A stretch of 63,295 nt of DNA, counting the filler, from Octopus bimaculoides (taxonomy: Eukaryota): the NCBI RefSeq assembly GCF_001194135.2. It is 8 parts of 5 records of this genome, joined end to end, with 100 filler letters (N's around TTAATTAATTAA, not from the genome) between each part and the next. Parts side by side here need not be neighbours in the genome. Positions count along the whole stretch, not along the records: positions 22,918 to 28,455 come from NC_068988.1; positions 28,556 to 34,082 come from NC_069002.1; positions 34,183 to 39,100 come from NC_068984.1; 5 more parts are not named here. One strand, 5' to 3'. The notes beneath the pieces were generated by a model. The model was given only the letters and a program-made list of their open reading frames with translations, searched no databases and had not been told where the DNA came from. Positions 23,361-36,700 of the stretch are shown in pieces; within the stretch, counting starts at the first letter, position 1, and the number at the start of each line of letters is the position of its first letter. A program made the translations under genes and the position numbers.

Positions 23361-23369
23361 ATAAACTCG

Positions 23370-23770
23370 TTCAATACAAACGTATTCCTCGAAACAATCG
23401 TAAGGTCTTTTAATACTGCTTTTCTTGGATTGTAATTTTGGAGCGCTTGAAACCTAACAGCTCGATGAATTTTTTAATGTATTTTGTATTCCCACGATGA
23501 AGGAATTTCGTCATCCAACAAAGTGGATGACGAAAATCTGTCAACCACTTTGATTTTGTCATTTCCTGTCTTGGTTTGTGTTTGCCACCTTGGAATCCTC
23601 TGTGTAGTGGGTTGATCCACTACTCAGGAAGAGACTATTCTAGAGTACGTTCTGTCTTGTCTTCGAAACGTCTAGATAGAATAGAGACAGCTGATGAAGG
23701 GATATTCCAAGTGGCTTTCCGTTTTCCTATGTGTTCGTTCCGTTGTCTGTAGTTTATTGTTCTAACGTCC
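23370..23770 (+). mobile_element. PLE 3' end / pseudo-LTR fragment
   Basis: Contains CGAAACGTC...CAGCTGATGAAGG block shared (reverse strand) with 26975-27100, and a 12-bp hairpin at 23506-23535. Confidence 0.5.
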
Positions 23771-24640
23771 TGTACCCTGATATGCATGTATATACACTTG
23801 TAGATGTAAGTATGTACATATGTGTGTATACATGTATATATATTCTTTGTATTATATATATATGTATATATATTTCTTGTTGAAAATGCAGTAGTCTGAT
23901 ATGTCTGGTAAAGATATTGAAAATTTTCAAGTGGTTGGGAGAAATTTAACAGGATCCTGCGTGTCTGCCCAAATAAAACAAACCCAAGATCATCCGATTT
24001 TTTCATTCAGGTAGTGGACTACTTTTGACTTAGTGTCTTTAAGAAGCAGGTTGTTTTCTCAAATTTAATCGTGACGTCATCAAACAAGGGTGCGGGAGAG
24101 GAGTATGGTGTGAGCAACTTGACTAATGGCGGCATTTGTAGTTTCTAGGCGTGTCGTGTGTCAATTAAAAGTGGTCATGAGTATGCGTGTCGCTTCTCTG
24201 GTCACTTAGAAAGGTGTGTCAATGTCAGGAAGTGCGCGCGTGTGCATGTGTGAGTGCGTAAGCACGCGTTTGTATGTGCTCGCGCGCGCACATGTGTGGG
24301 CATGTTTGTATAAGATGTGTGCGTTACCGAATAGGTGTTTCCGTGTAGTCTCTGTGTGCGCGCGAATAAGAGTGTGAATTTGACATGTGCGTGTGGGTGA
24401 TTGTGAATGTATGTGTATGTATGTTTGTATTCGTGTGCGCGTAAGTATATTTGCATTGTGCGCATATGTGGGAGGAGGTCTATGTGTTTCTGTGTGTGTG
24501 GATGTGTGTGTGTGTGTGCGTGTGTGCGTGTGTGTGTGTGTGTGTATGAGAGAGAGAGAAAGAGAAAGAGAGAGAGATGTGTGTGTGTTTGTGTGTGTGC
24601 GTGAGTGTGTGTGTGTGTGCGTGCGTGCGTGTGTGTGTGC

Positions 24641-24720
<80 letters not shown>

Positions 24721-24907
24721 ACAGCCATTAATACTACGAAATAGAACAAACACAGATGGTGTCAAGATTGAAATCAATATGATGATTGACAGCAATAAAC
24801 AACCATACAAAACAAAAACAGAAACAAAAATAAAAAACAAGGATCAGCTGAGTGTCCCCACGCAAACCTGACCCACTTACACAATCGTCTCTGGATCTTA
24901 ATTAGTT

Positions 24908-25180
24908 AGAACACTCGTCACTTCAGCTCGCAACACCTGAAAACCTGCTTCAGCTTGCTCCCCCATGAACACTCGTCAGTTGAGCCTGTTCCACCTGAGC
25001 ACTCATTAGTCTAGCCTGTTCCACCTGAACACTCGTCAATCCAGCTTGTTCCACCTGAACACACGTCAGTCCATCCTGTTCCACTTGAACACACATCACT
25101 CCAGCTTGCTCCACCTGAACACTCGGCAGTCCACCCAGTTCCACCTGAAAACACGTCACTCTCGTTTGTCCCACCAGAAA
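24908..25180. repeat. Degenerate 30-bp tandem repeat (~8-9 units)
   Basis: Units CCACCTGAACACTCGTCAGTCCAGCTTGTT-like start every 30 bp from 24961 to 25171. Confidence 0.9.
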
Positions 25181-25317
25181 ATTCATCCTCCCATTTTCTC
25201 CCATCCGATGTATTGTCACGCTCAGCTCCACAATAATTGAAGTTTGTATAATTAAGACCGAATAAAATAATTGTGCTAAGATTAAGAAAACAAAAACTTA
25301 GCTGAATCTACAATAAA

Positions 25318-25685
25318 TTATATCTTTTACTTGTTTCGGTCATTGGACTACAGCTGTGCTGGATTTAGAGGAACAAATCAAGCCCAGTACTTTTCTTTTT
25401 ATTGTCTTGCATTTGTAAATCTTATTCTATGGTCTCATTTGTTGAATCGCTAAGTTATGGGGATGTAAACAAACCAACACCGGTTGTCAAACGGCACTGG
25501 AGGACAAATACAACATAAACAGACACATTCAAACACACACACACTCACTTATGATGCCTCTCAGTTTCCATCTAAAAGATCTACTCACAAGGCTTTGGTC
25601 GACCCCCAGTCTATTCTAGAAAACTCTTGGAACTGAACCAAAGACCATGTGGTTGGGAAGCAACCTTCTTCCCCACACAGCCACG
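25318..25685 (-). mobile_element. SINE family C copy (decayed)
   Basis: Reverse-complement similarity to 16962-17370. Confidence 0.7.
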
Positions 25686-25913
25686 TCTATATTTATTTTT
25701 ATATTGTCATATGTTTTTTAGATATGATGGCGTTGTTGTGATGGTATTTAGCCCCAAGACAGCCTTGATCGAATGATCATATCAGCTGTGACCATCTCAT
25801 TTTACTCTGTGTCAGGGACTTTCATTCCAATATATTTAAGACGGTAGCGTTTAATTTGAGGCAGATTTGTCTGCTATTGCTAGTTTTCTTTGATGTTGGG
25901 GACAATAACTGTT

Positions 25914-25915
25914 TC

Positions 25916-25967
<52 letters not shown>

Positions 25968-26002
25968 ATAGTGTTTTTATTGTTACTGCTGACATTGCTG
26001 TT

Positions 26003-26087
<85 letters not shown>

Positions 26088-26110
26088 CCGTTGTCGTCGT
26101 CGTCGTCGTC

Positions 26111-26160
<50 letters not shown>

Positions 26161-26181
26161 TATTGTTGTTGTTGTTGTTGT
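25914..26181. repeat. Compound trinucleotide microsatellite (GTA/GCA/GTC/GTT)n
   Basis: Direct reading; runs into a gap. Confidence 0.95.
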
Positions 26182-27421
26182 NNNNNNNNNNNNNNNNNNN
26201 NNNNNNNNNNNNNNNNNNNNNNNNNNNNNNNNNNNNNNNNNNNNNNNNNNNNNNNNNNNNNNNNNNNNNNNNNNNNNNNNNNNNNNNNNNNNNNNNNNNN
26301 NNNNNNNNNNNNNNNNNNNNNNNNNNNNNNNNNNNNNNNNNNNNNNNNNNNNNNNNNNNNNNNNNNNNNNNNNNNNNNNNNNNNNNNNNNNNNNNNNNNN
26401 NNNNNNNNNNNNNNNNNNNNNNNNNNNNNNNNNNNNNNNNNNNNNNNNNNNNNNNNNNNNNNNNNNNNNNNNNNNNNNNNNNNNNNNNNNNNNNNNNNNN
26501 NNNNNNNNNNNNNNNNNNNNNNNNNNNNNNNNNNNNNNNNNNNNNNNNNNNNNNNNNNNNNNNNNNNNNNNNNNNNNNNNNNNNNNNNNNNNNNNNNNNN
26601 NNNNNNNNNNNNNNNNNNNNNNNNNNNNNNNNNNNNNNNNNNNNNNNNNNNNNNNNNNNNNNNNNNNNNNNNNNNNNNNNNNNNNNNNNNNNNNNNNNNN
26701 NNNNNNNNNNNNNNNNNNNNNNNNNNNNNNNNNNNNNNNNNNNNNNNNNNNNNNNNNNNNNNNNNNNNNNNNNNNNNNNNNNNNNNNNNNNNNNNNNNNN
26801 NNNNNNNNNNNNNNNNNNNNNNNNNNNNNNNNNNNNNNNNNNNNNNNNNNNNNNNNNNNNNNNNNNNNNNNNATATATATATATATATATATAATAAATG
26901 TGTATATGCATATATACGTACATGTATGTACATACCTACATCTACCTGTATATATAGATGCATATCTGGGTACAGGACGTTGCAAACAAAACAGACAAAA
27001 TGAGGAACAGAGTACAGAAAACACAGGCCACATAGAGAGCATTTCCTTCATCAGCTGCCACCATTCTAGCACTGGCGTTTCGAAGAGTTATTCTGTTTTT
27101 GTTTTTGTTCCGTGCTTGTATACATTCGTTTGCTTTTCTCTGGGGCTTAATGCTTTCAGCTTAAGTCTCTGGCACTTGCCGGATTCGAGCAATTTCAGTC
27201 ATTAAAAAGCGCGTAATTGCAAGGACTTTCCGGACATTGAGTGAAGAGGAAATCGGCTGCAGATGATCTATGTATCTTGTTTTTTTCCTGCTTACCGTTG
27301 GTTATGTTATCGTCTATTTTTACGCATGCTGTGCTTTGTTGAATTCCCGCTTGTTGTGTTCTTTCTGTCCTACCTTTGATTTATCAATGCGGCGCACCGT
27401 ACAACCTGTTATTTACTTTGT

Positions 27422-27457
<36 letters not shown>

Positions 27458-27564
27458 NNNNNNNNNNNNNNNNNNNNNNTATATATACATATACGACGCA
27501 CATGCACACACTCACGTACATACATATAGACATATATAAATACACATATATGTATATATGTCAA

Positions 27565-27600
<36 letters not shown>

Positions 27601-27851
27601 TGTATGTATGTATGTACGTACGTATGTATGTATGCATGCATGCATGCATGTATGTATGTATGTATGATTTTTTTGTTGAATAAATCGCCCCCAGTACTGT
27701 TTTTTTTAAACCTGGCACCTATTCTATCGACGTCTTTTGCCGAACCGCAAATGTTACGATAATGTAAACACACCAACACTGGTTGTTAAGCGGTGGTGGG
27801 GGACCAACACAGACACAAACACACACACACACACACACACGCACACACAGG

Positions 27852-27884
<33 letters not shown>

Positions 27885-27909
27885 GACAGGTTTCTTTCAG
27901 TTTCAGTCG

Positions 27910-27954
<45 letters not shown>

Positions 27955-28389
27955 TTATGGCCGCAGTCCAATGACTGAAAAAAGTAAAAGTTAGAAAATA
28001 AAAGAAGTAATAATAGACAACTGCACAGGGTATATTCAGGGCACCCTTAATAACCTAGTTGCCCTTCACACAAACGCATATATGTCTTTCTTTCTCCCTG
28101 ATATGTTTAGTCAACAGGATATCGTATCCAGCTCCGCTATCCGATATCCGATATCACTCGATCAACCACTTTACCACAATAGTAACAATTTCTAGGATTG
28201 ACCCCAAGGTCAGTATATATACAATAGCGTAGCTAAAGGGGGGAGATGGGGTGGTGTATCCCGGGCAGTACTTTTTATGAGACACCACCACTTTTGGGCC
28301 TGTTGTAGGTAATATGTATTTTCGTGGAGGCCTGGGGGTGGAAAACTGAAAGCGGCACACATTGTTACGGGGATATAAACACACACACA

Positions 28390-28455
<66 letters not shown>

Positions 28456-28713
28456 NNNNNNNNNNNNNNNNNNNNNNNNNNNNNNNNNNNNNNNNNNNNT
28501 TAATTAATTAANNNNNNNNNNNNNNNNNNNNNNNNNNNNNNNNNNNNNNNNNNNNTCTTGTCTTTCAACAAAAGAGTTAGAAACACTGAGATTGTTTGAC
28601 ACGTGTAAACAAAGAATGAACTATTCGCAAATGAAAAATGTCACAAGAGGAAGGAAAGTAAACAATTGAGGTTAAAGGACTACACCATCCATAACACCAT
28701 CCCCAACAACAAC

Positions 28714-28799
<86 letters not shown>

Positions 28800-30169
28800 C
28801 AACAATAATAATAATGATAAAAATAATAGCGTAAATATTGATGCCTATATATTTTTTCTGTTACCTTGCCAATTTAATTCAAATATATGCATTATGTTAG
28901 ACGATAATTAATGATTTCTTTTTAGTAGGCACCCAGCCAAATTTTCACAAGAGATATGTTTTGATATACACCGTTGATTTTTTACTTCGTTCCGTGATAC
29001 AACGTGTTTCATAGTCAGTCATTTGATTCAAGCACCGTAACCTATTTCCAATCTCTTTCTCTTTCCCTCCCTCACTTTTGACTTAAAGAGTCTTAATTGA
29101 CAGATTTTCACTGCATGTTACTGTAATATATAAACAAGTCTCACACATAAATTTGTAATTGCTTTCTAATGTTCCTGTATTGAGTTCCCGGACTAATAAA
29201 AATACACTTAAAGCATATCTTTTGGCTGATAGTGCTTTTATCTCAGACTTTCTATGACATGATGGTAATCGATTCTGATTAAACGCATTTCTTTCAGGAA
29301 ATATGTTGGAATAGAAAGACTGCAAATGTTGGAACATAATCATGAATTTTCTACATTAGTTTTTTTGTTATGTATTTGAGTCTGGAGGCAATGAGTGCCT
29401 GTAACCTGTTAGTGGCAAAAGTTATCCTTAAACTAAAGACAACAGAATGCCTTGAAGAGAGAGGGCCCCACTAACGTACTTAAGATTTCAGGTGATGATG
29501 TTAATCTTGGCAATAGATTAAGTCTATCACGTAACTAGACCGTGGAAGGATTCTAACTTAGAATGTAAGGAACCGAAGCAAATAATATAAGGCATCTGAC
29601 ATGACATTCGGACAGATCCTTGGCGTTATGTGATACTCCATTATCGACACCGAATAATTAAATGGCAAATTTGCTCCGAACGTGATATGAACTCATAGGG
29701 CACACAGAAGAAAGAAATAGCGTATTGACAGGGCTGTTTGGTTCTTTGACAGAGAAACTGATGGCTGATTCGGTTAAGCTTGTGCGTTTGCTGCAACATG
29801 TTTGTGTAAAAGGAAATAATGATACTGGTAACTGAGAAGTTTGTGATCGTCTTTTTGCGTATAATTTTGGCACTTGCCTCAGTAATTTATAATCATCATT
29901 TTTAACTTGTCAGTTACCTCGTAGAAATACATGAGTTTATCAACGTAAACAAAATTTTAACAACTACCTAAATATTGTGTAGAGGTGGTAGTCACAGATA
30001 TCGAGCCACAGTACATCACAATATCTCTGACGTACAGTGGGTTGATGTCTATTATATCCTCTCTGTTGATAAAGTCAACCGCGTCGGAATTTTAAACGCC
30101 ATAAAGAGACATAATTTAATGTCCCAATATGTTTTGTCCCACTCTCCATTGATCCGCCCTGCTGAATAA

Positions 30170-31170
30170 ATGTGAAAGTTATATTTTTTTTTTTAATTTT
30201 TATAGAAAAAAAAGCAAGAATGTGAAGGAGACATGTTGGAAGATATATGCTGTATACACAAGGGAAGTTGTTATGGAATATATGTGCCAGAAGAGGTTTG
30301 CAAGATTTCGATCGGGAAATATTTTCGTTTCTAAATCCGCCTCATCTAGCCCTGTGAACTGATATTAACAGCGACACCAACCCCGTTATACGAACACGAT
30401 GTTCTCAGATATTCCCTAAAAATCTAAAAGGAGCGTTGAAAACCATCTGCATGTATTCGTTTACATAATCAGACTCAATGTTTGTATCCCTCATCAATGG
30501 AAAAAGGCTAATCTCGCCCAACCGATATCTACTTGCGATTCGTTGCAATGATGCGAAAGCAACAAGCCTTTCTTAAAGATAATGGTGGAAGTTGCCGAAA
30601 ATTAGGTCATATATAACAATGTGAAATGCAGAAAATCATGGAGGAAGAGCGGCAAACTACGACAAACAGCCTCCAAAGCAGGATTTCACTCGAAGAAAGT
30701 TACGCATTCAATTTTGTAGGTTTGGAATTGTGTTTCTTTTATGAGATTCTTCCTACGGACAGGACAACCGATTTGAATGCGCACTGTGCCCAGGCAGGAC
30801 AAATTGAATGCAGCGATGCTCCTGATCCACCAGATTGTAAGCTCCACCATATTGTTTTCATCATGAAAACGCCATACCTCACACTTCTTTACAGATATGG
30901 CAAAAGTTACTGGGGCTTTGCTGCAAAGTTTTGCCGCACTCTCCATATTTGCCCCAACTTGCGCCTTCAGATTTCTATTTGTTTCCTTCTCTCCAAACTT
31001 CATTTATGGAACAGATTCTGAGAAGGATGAAAACATTCAACTGGAAGATATTTTCAACAATAAAGACAGGTTATTCTTTGAGCAGGGGATAATGGATCTG
31101 CCTACGAGAATGCAGAAGATACTGAAACAAAACTGTAATTATATCATTGCTTGAATAAAGCGTTTTATGT
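30170..31170 (+). mobile_element. Decayed mariner transposase
   Basis: Fragments ...ELCFFYEILPTDRTTDLNAHCAQ... and EDIFNNKDRLFFEQGIMDLPTRMQKILKQNCNYII* match the mariner catalytic region and C-terminus. Confidence 0.75.
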
Positions 31171-31989
31171 TTATACCTGAATGGACATCTTCGCAAACCT
31201 AGCATATGTGCAGCCAGAAAATTACGTCAGCCACACTGTTTTGAGTTTTTATTGAAAATATTTCTTATCTTTTGATTTGTACGCTAGTGGAAAATTATAT
31301 ATAAATAAAATATATATAAAATTATATATAAATAAAATATATATAAAATTATATATATATAAAATATATATAAAATTATATATATATAAAATATATATAT
31401 ATAAAATTATATATATATAAGCACGTTTTAGTGTCTTATGAGGATACTTCAGAGTTACGCGAATGCACAAGGAAACGTCTGGCATCAGACTGAAGATATA
31501 TATATTATGTATATTCCACCATAAAACAATGAATGCCAAATAATAATTTGTCAGAAATTCTCTGCTATCCTTTCGTTCAGAATTTTGCTAATATTCTCTT
31601 TTGGATTGATAATCATATAAATCTTTAATGCGATGAACTTTATTCCATGCATTAATCCATAAAATGATATATAGCATCAACCAATATTCTAAAACCAGGA
31701 AGTCGTTGTGAATATATATTAATGGGAATGCAATTATTTTCTCAGAAACCGTTCCAGTGTAAAGATGGGAGCAATCGGTGTACGTACCTAAATGTGCTAT
31801 GGTGGTCGAACTTAGCTACCATTCTCAGTCCATCTAGGAACTTCCGTTAGATTGAAACGAGGTCCCAAAAAGGACCGAATATGATAGAAAAGTATGGTAA
31901 CAGAATATTTCGATTAAAAATCGATAGATCTTTCAAAGATGAAAATATAATATGTACATCAATAAACATTTTATTTGAACAGGAATACA

Positions 31990-32054
<65 letters not shown>

Positions 32055-32099
32055 CATTATACAGTGGGGGGAATAAATATTCGTACATGTCAAAACAAG

Positions 32100-32352
32100 T
32101 CCAGGCAACGTTTGTGGTACATCAGCAATCGTCCACGCATACCACTCTCCCCTCGTCACATCACCAATGGTAGGGAAAGGAAAAGGCCGAAACAGCTTGT
32201 TACCAGGGCGCCGCAACTCATACAGATCATACAGCTGAGTGAACTAAGCCGCCTGAAATAGTGTTGCATGAGAACACAACTCACAGCCCGTCCGGGAATC
32301 GAACACACTTCCTCATGATTGTGAGTCCGAGGCATTGAGGCATGCGCCTTCA
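32100..32352 (-). mobile_element. tRNA-derived SINE family B
   Basis: Reverse tRNA-like head (CCGGGAATCGAAC) plus the AGCTGAGTGAAC block; shorter + strand relative at 34258-34470. Confidence 0.65.
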
Positions 32353-32353
32353 C

Positions 32354-32413
<60 letters not shown>

Positions 32414-33049
32414 GGAAACATGCATGCAGGAATACGTTCATACATACATACATACATACATACATACATACATACATACATTCAGATATACATACATACA
32501 TACATTAGTGTGTTTTTCTCGTAACATCTCGTGTTGTTACTTCATATCTTCGTGGTTTCCTCTTCACAAAATAAACAATAGATCGATGCAATTTTCTTCT
32601 TTTGTAGTTTTGTTTTGTAGTTTTGTTTTGATATTTCATTTTTGTTGTTTCTTGCGCTATGAAGATCAATACAATTGCTTGGACTAAACAAATTTCACGT
32701 TGTGACGCAACAGCGAGGCTTTCTACAATTAATAAAATCAGGTATTTGGTTTCGGTTACAGTTTCTTTGAGATTGTTATATGTTGACGTGTTAGAAATCC
32801 TTTCCTTTGTTTGGATTTCATTTCATTTGATATGCGTTGCAAAGTTTCCTTATTTATTCATTTATTTGGTTCGTTGTATTTTTCTTTTTCATTTCACTAA
32901 TCTCATTGTGTTATGACGTTGTTTCCTTTCAAGAACTACATTCAACATTTGAGTTGTTTTTGAAAAAGAATCAAATTTGTTTGAATCTTTTGAAAGTGGT
33001 CATAGTAGTCAATGAAAATATATTAAGGATTTTCACTAAGACACTTCTC

Positions 33050-33098
<49 letters not shown>

Positions 33099-34182
33099 NN
33101 NNNNNNNNACACACACATATATATATATGTATGTGTGTAATTATGTTCATAAATATATATACGTACTATTTGCACACGAATGCACATATATACATATACA
33201 TACATATATGTATGTATATATACACATGCATATATGTATGTATATAAATACATATACATACTATTTATACACAAATGTATATTACATACATATCCATATA
33301 TATACATAAACGTACACATACATGGAAAATACATATAGATACATAATATATATANNNNNNNNNNNNNNNNNNNNNNNNNNNNNNNNNNNNNNNNNNNNNN
33401 NNNNNNNNNNNNNNNNNNNNNNNNNNNNNNNNNNNNNNNNNNNNNNNNNNNNNNNNNNNNNNNNNNNNNNNNNNNNNNNNNNNNNNNNNNNNNNNNNNNN
33501 NNNNNNNNNNNNNNNNNNNNNNNNNNNNNNNNNNNNNNNNNNNNNNNNNNNNNNNNNNNNNNNNNNNNNNNNNNNNNNNNNNNNNNNNNNNNNNNNNNNN
33601 NNNNNNNNNNNNNNTATATATATGAGTGCATATATGTGTGTGCGTGTGTCTGTGCGCGCGCGTCTGTGCGCGCGCGTATGTGTGTATATGTGTAAGGATT
33701 ATCAAGAAAATCATTTTTATTAGTCATATAATCATATTTATATTCATTTAGTCATGTTTAAATATTCGTCACACCTAATAATAATTAAAGCACTGTCTAT
33801 TCTGGTTCTTATTCATTTGCAACAAACCAATCAAATTATAAAATTGCTTCGCAGGAATGTTTTCAAATATTCTTAGAATCAAACTCCTGGGATTATTCGC
33901 AATTGTTAATACTTTCGAATAATGTTAATGCGAAACTTCAAGGATGAAATGTAAAGTTTAGAAATATTAAAAACAGAAACACGCAGAGAAATTACAAACA
34001 AACGTGTGCATATGTACACCCCCCACGCACGCACACGCACACACACACACACACGCACACACACACACTCACACACACACACNNNNNNNNNNNNNNNNNN
34101 NNNNNNNNNNNNNNNNNNNNNNNNNNTTAATTAATTAANNNNNNNNNNNNNNNNNNNNNNNNNNNNNNNNNNNNNNNNNNNN

Positions 34183-34218
<36 letters not shown>

Positions 34219-34490
34219 CACACACATAGTCACACCTTAATTATTTTGGGTAATGTGAGGCGCATAGATTAGTGTTAGGGTATTGCACTCATAATCGTAC
34301 GAATGTGGTTTCGTAGACCGGGTGATGCGTTGTGTTCTTGAGCAAAACACTTCATTTCACGTTGTTCCAGTTCACTCAGCTGGTAAAAATGAGTAACCCT
34401 GTGTGGAAGTGGTATCCCGTATCCGAGAAACTAGCCTTATGAGATTATGGCTCAGGAAGGACCTTTGATCCTTTTTTTATTTTTAGTTAC

Positions 34491-34545
<55 letters not shown>

Positions 34546-35177
34546 GTACTAATTTGGATGTGTTGTTTATAACGCCTGAGACTGCGGTAAACGTCGTGTA
34601 AACGAAAATCACGTCGTGTAAACGACAAATATCAAAAAGCTAAAAAAATCTGTTTAACTGATTTTCGGTTTTGTATTCGGTGTCTGTCTGTTGCTGATGA
34701 TCCGAAATACGGTAATATCACGTGATACAACAGTGCCATCCGCCGGTGCTGACAAATTATCGTCAACCTATGCTATCTGTGCTTTTTAACATTTGTCATC
34801 TACACTGAATGAGTTCTTGGGACGTTTACTGCAGTCATAGACGTTGAAAACAACACAACTAAGCCAATTAATATTCGTTACAGCGTCTGCTTCTGTCGCT
34901 AGTAGCTAATATATATATGCATTCTTGTACACACACACACACACGCACGCATAAATGTATAGAGACTGTAGGGAGAGAGGGGTGAAATGAGAGAGAATAT
35001 ATATATATATATATATATATATATCTGTATAAAAATGTTTGCTTACGAACGCACATGCATACATAACACACACTCACTCCATTACATACACACATGCACA
35101 CACGCACATCACGCTCATACTCACACAAAAATATAAGTGGAAAATGTGGTCAATTTAAATCTTCTTTAATATTTCAG

Positions 35178-35619
35178 ATAAGAGTTGGTGTTTTGTCTTT
35201 TAGTAGCTGGCCTAGTATCAATGTCTACCTAAAGGAATCGACTGATCGTGAAAGCATCCAGAGAAAAATTGAAGCTATAAAACATCAGCGAGGAGATATG
35301 ACCAACACAGATGCTGCTTTGAATATGCTCGCAGACACTATGTTTAAACCCGAATATGGTGGTAGAAAGAATGCTGAGCATTTAGCAATCCTGCTAACCG
35401 ACGGAGTGTCTTACAATCCCAAAGCAACACAAGCCGCTGCAAAAAGATGTCATGATGCCAATATCAAGATAATTGCTATCGGAATTGGTGACAAAATTAA
35501 CAGTGAAGAACTGAGAGGTATTGCTAGTGAACCAAAGAGCCGGAATTTTCTCTTTTCAGCAGATTTCACTGTCCTGGATCATATAGAATCTGATGTTATT
35601 CAAAGAACATGTCAAGAAG
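35178..35619 (+). CDS. Internal coding exon of a von Willebrand factor A domain protein (collagen VI / matrilin / cartilage-matrix-like)
   Basis: TTTCAG acceptor ending 35177, GTACTG donor at 35620, 442 nt, phase 0-1, stop-free. IRVGVLSFSS...GDMTNTDAAL...LAILLTDGVS...IKIIAIGIG...EELRGIASEP...RTC contains the MIDAS T and D positions. The DxSxS part must be in an upstream exon not visible here. Confidence 0.93.
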
Positions 35620-36169
35620 GTACTGTATGTTATAATTCAAACGATATGGAAGTATTAACTATATTTTGAGGGAATATATATATANNNNNNNNNNNNNNNN
35701 NNNNNNNNNNNNNNNNNNNNNNNNNNNNNNNNNNNNNNNNNNNNNNNNNNNNNNNNNNNNNNNNNNNNNNNNNNNNNNNNNNNNNNNNNNNNNNNNNNNN
35801 NNNNNNNNNNNNNNNNNNNNNNNNNNNNNNNNNNNNNNNNNNNNNNNNNNNNNNNNNNNNNNNNNNNNNNNNNNNNNNNNNNNNNNNNNNNNNNNNNNNN
35901 NNNNNNNNNNNNNNNNNNNNNNNNNNNNNNNNNNNNNNNNNNNNNNNNNNNNNNNNNNNNNNNNNNNNNNNNNNNNNNNNNNNNNNNNNNNNNNNNNNNN
36001 NNNNNNNNNNNNNNNNNNNNNNNNNNNNNNNNNNNNNNNNNNNNNNNNNNNNNNNNNNNNNNNNNNNNNNNNNNNNNNNNNNNNNNNNNNNNNNNNNNNN
36101 NNNNNNNNNNNNNNNNNNNNNNNNNNNNNNNNNNNNNNNNNNNNNNNNNNNNNNNNNNNNNNNNNNNNN

Positions 36170-36700
36170 GGCAGAGCTCGTCCTCACCCTCAACTGCTTT
36201 ACCTTCGCCGGGGAAACCTACCAACCAGCCTGGGATCGCTATGGGGACGAGAATGGACCCCAATTTCGCCAACCTATTTGTTGGTCACACTGAGGCCCAA
36301 GTGGTACAGGGGTCACATTGAGGCCCAAGTGGTACAGGGATCACATTGATGCCCAAGTATTCTCCCAATTCTCCGGACCGACCCCAGAGCTATACGGTCG
36401 CTACATAGACGACTGTATAGGCGCCACCTCCCTCTCCCGCGAACAACTCTGCCACTTCATCTCTTTCCGCTCTTACGTTCATCTTTCGCTTCAATTTACC
36501 TCTACCGTCTCTAACATATCGGTTAACTTCCTAGATATCTCTCTTACCATTGACTTTCCTTCCCACTCTCTCACCACCTGCGCCTCTTCAAACCCACAGA
36601 TTCCCACCTCTACCTCAACTTCTCCTCCTCCCATCCCTCCCACACCAAACGGGCCATCCCCTACTCCCAGTTCCTCTGCCTCCGACGCTTGTGCAACCGG
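36170..36700 (+). mobile_element. GC-rich Penelope-like element, RT core pseudogene
   Basis: ELVLTLNCFTFAGETY, GIAMGTRM.PNFANLFVG, YGRYIDDC, VNFLDISL, FFKPTDSHLYLNFSSSHPSHTKRAIPYSQF across frameshifts; 28-bp tandem duplication at ~36290-36355; flanked by gaps. Confidence 0.88.

Noticed and set aside
29699-29828. Possible + strand exon (GHTEERNSVLTGLFGSL...)
   Set aside because: No pyrimidine tract, weak donor, no recognisable domain.
32644-32720. Possible very decayed pseudo-LTR ribozyme before AATAAA
   Set aside because: Both core motifs deviate; the pairing is too short to exceed chance.
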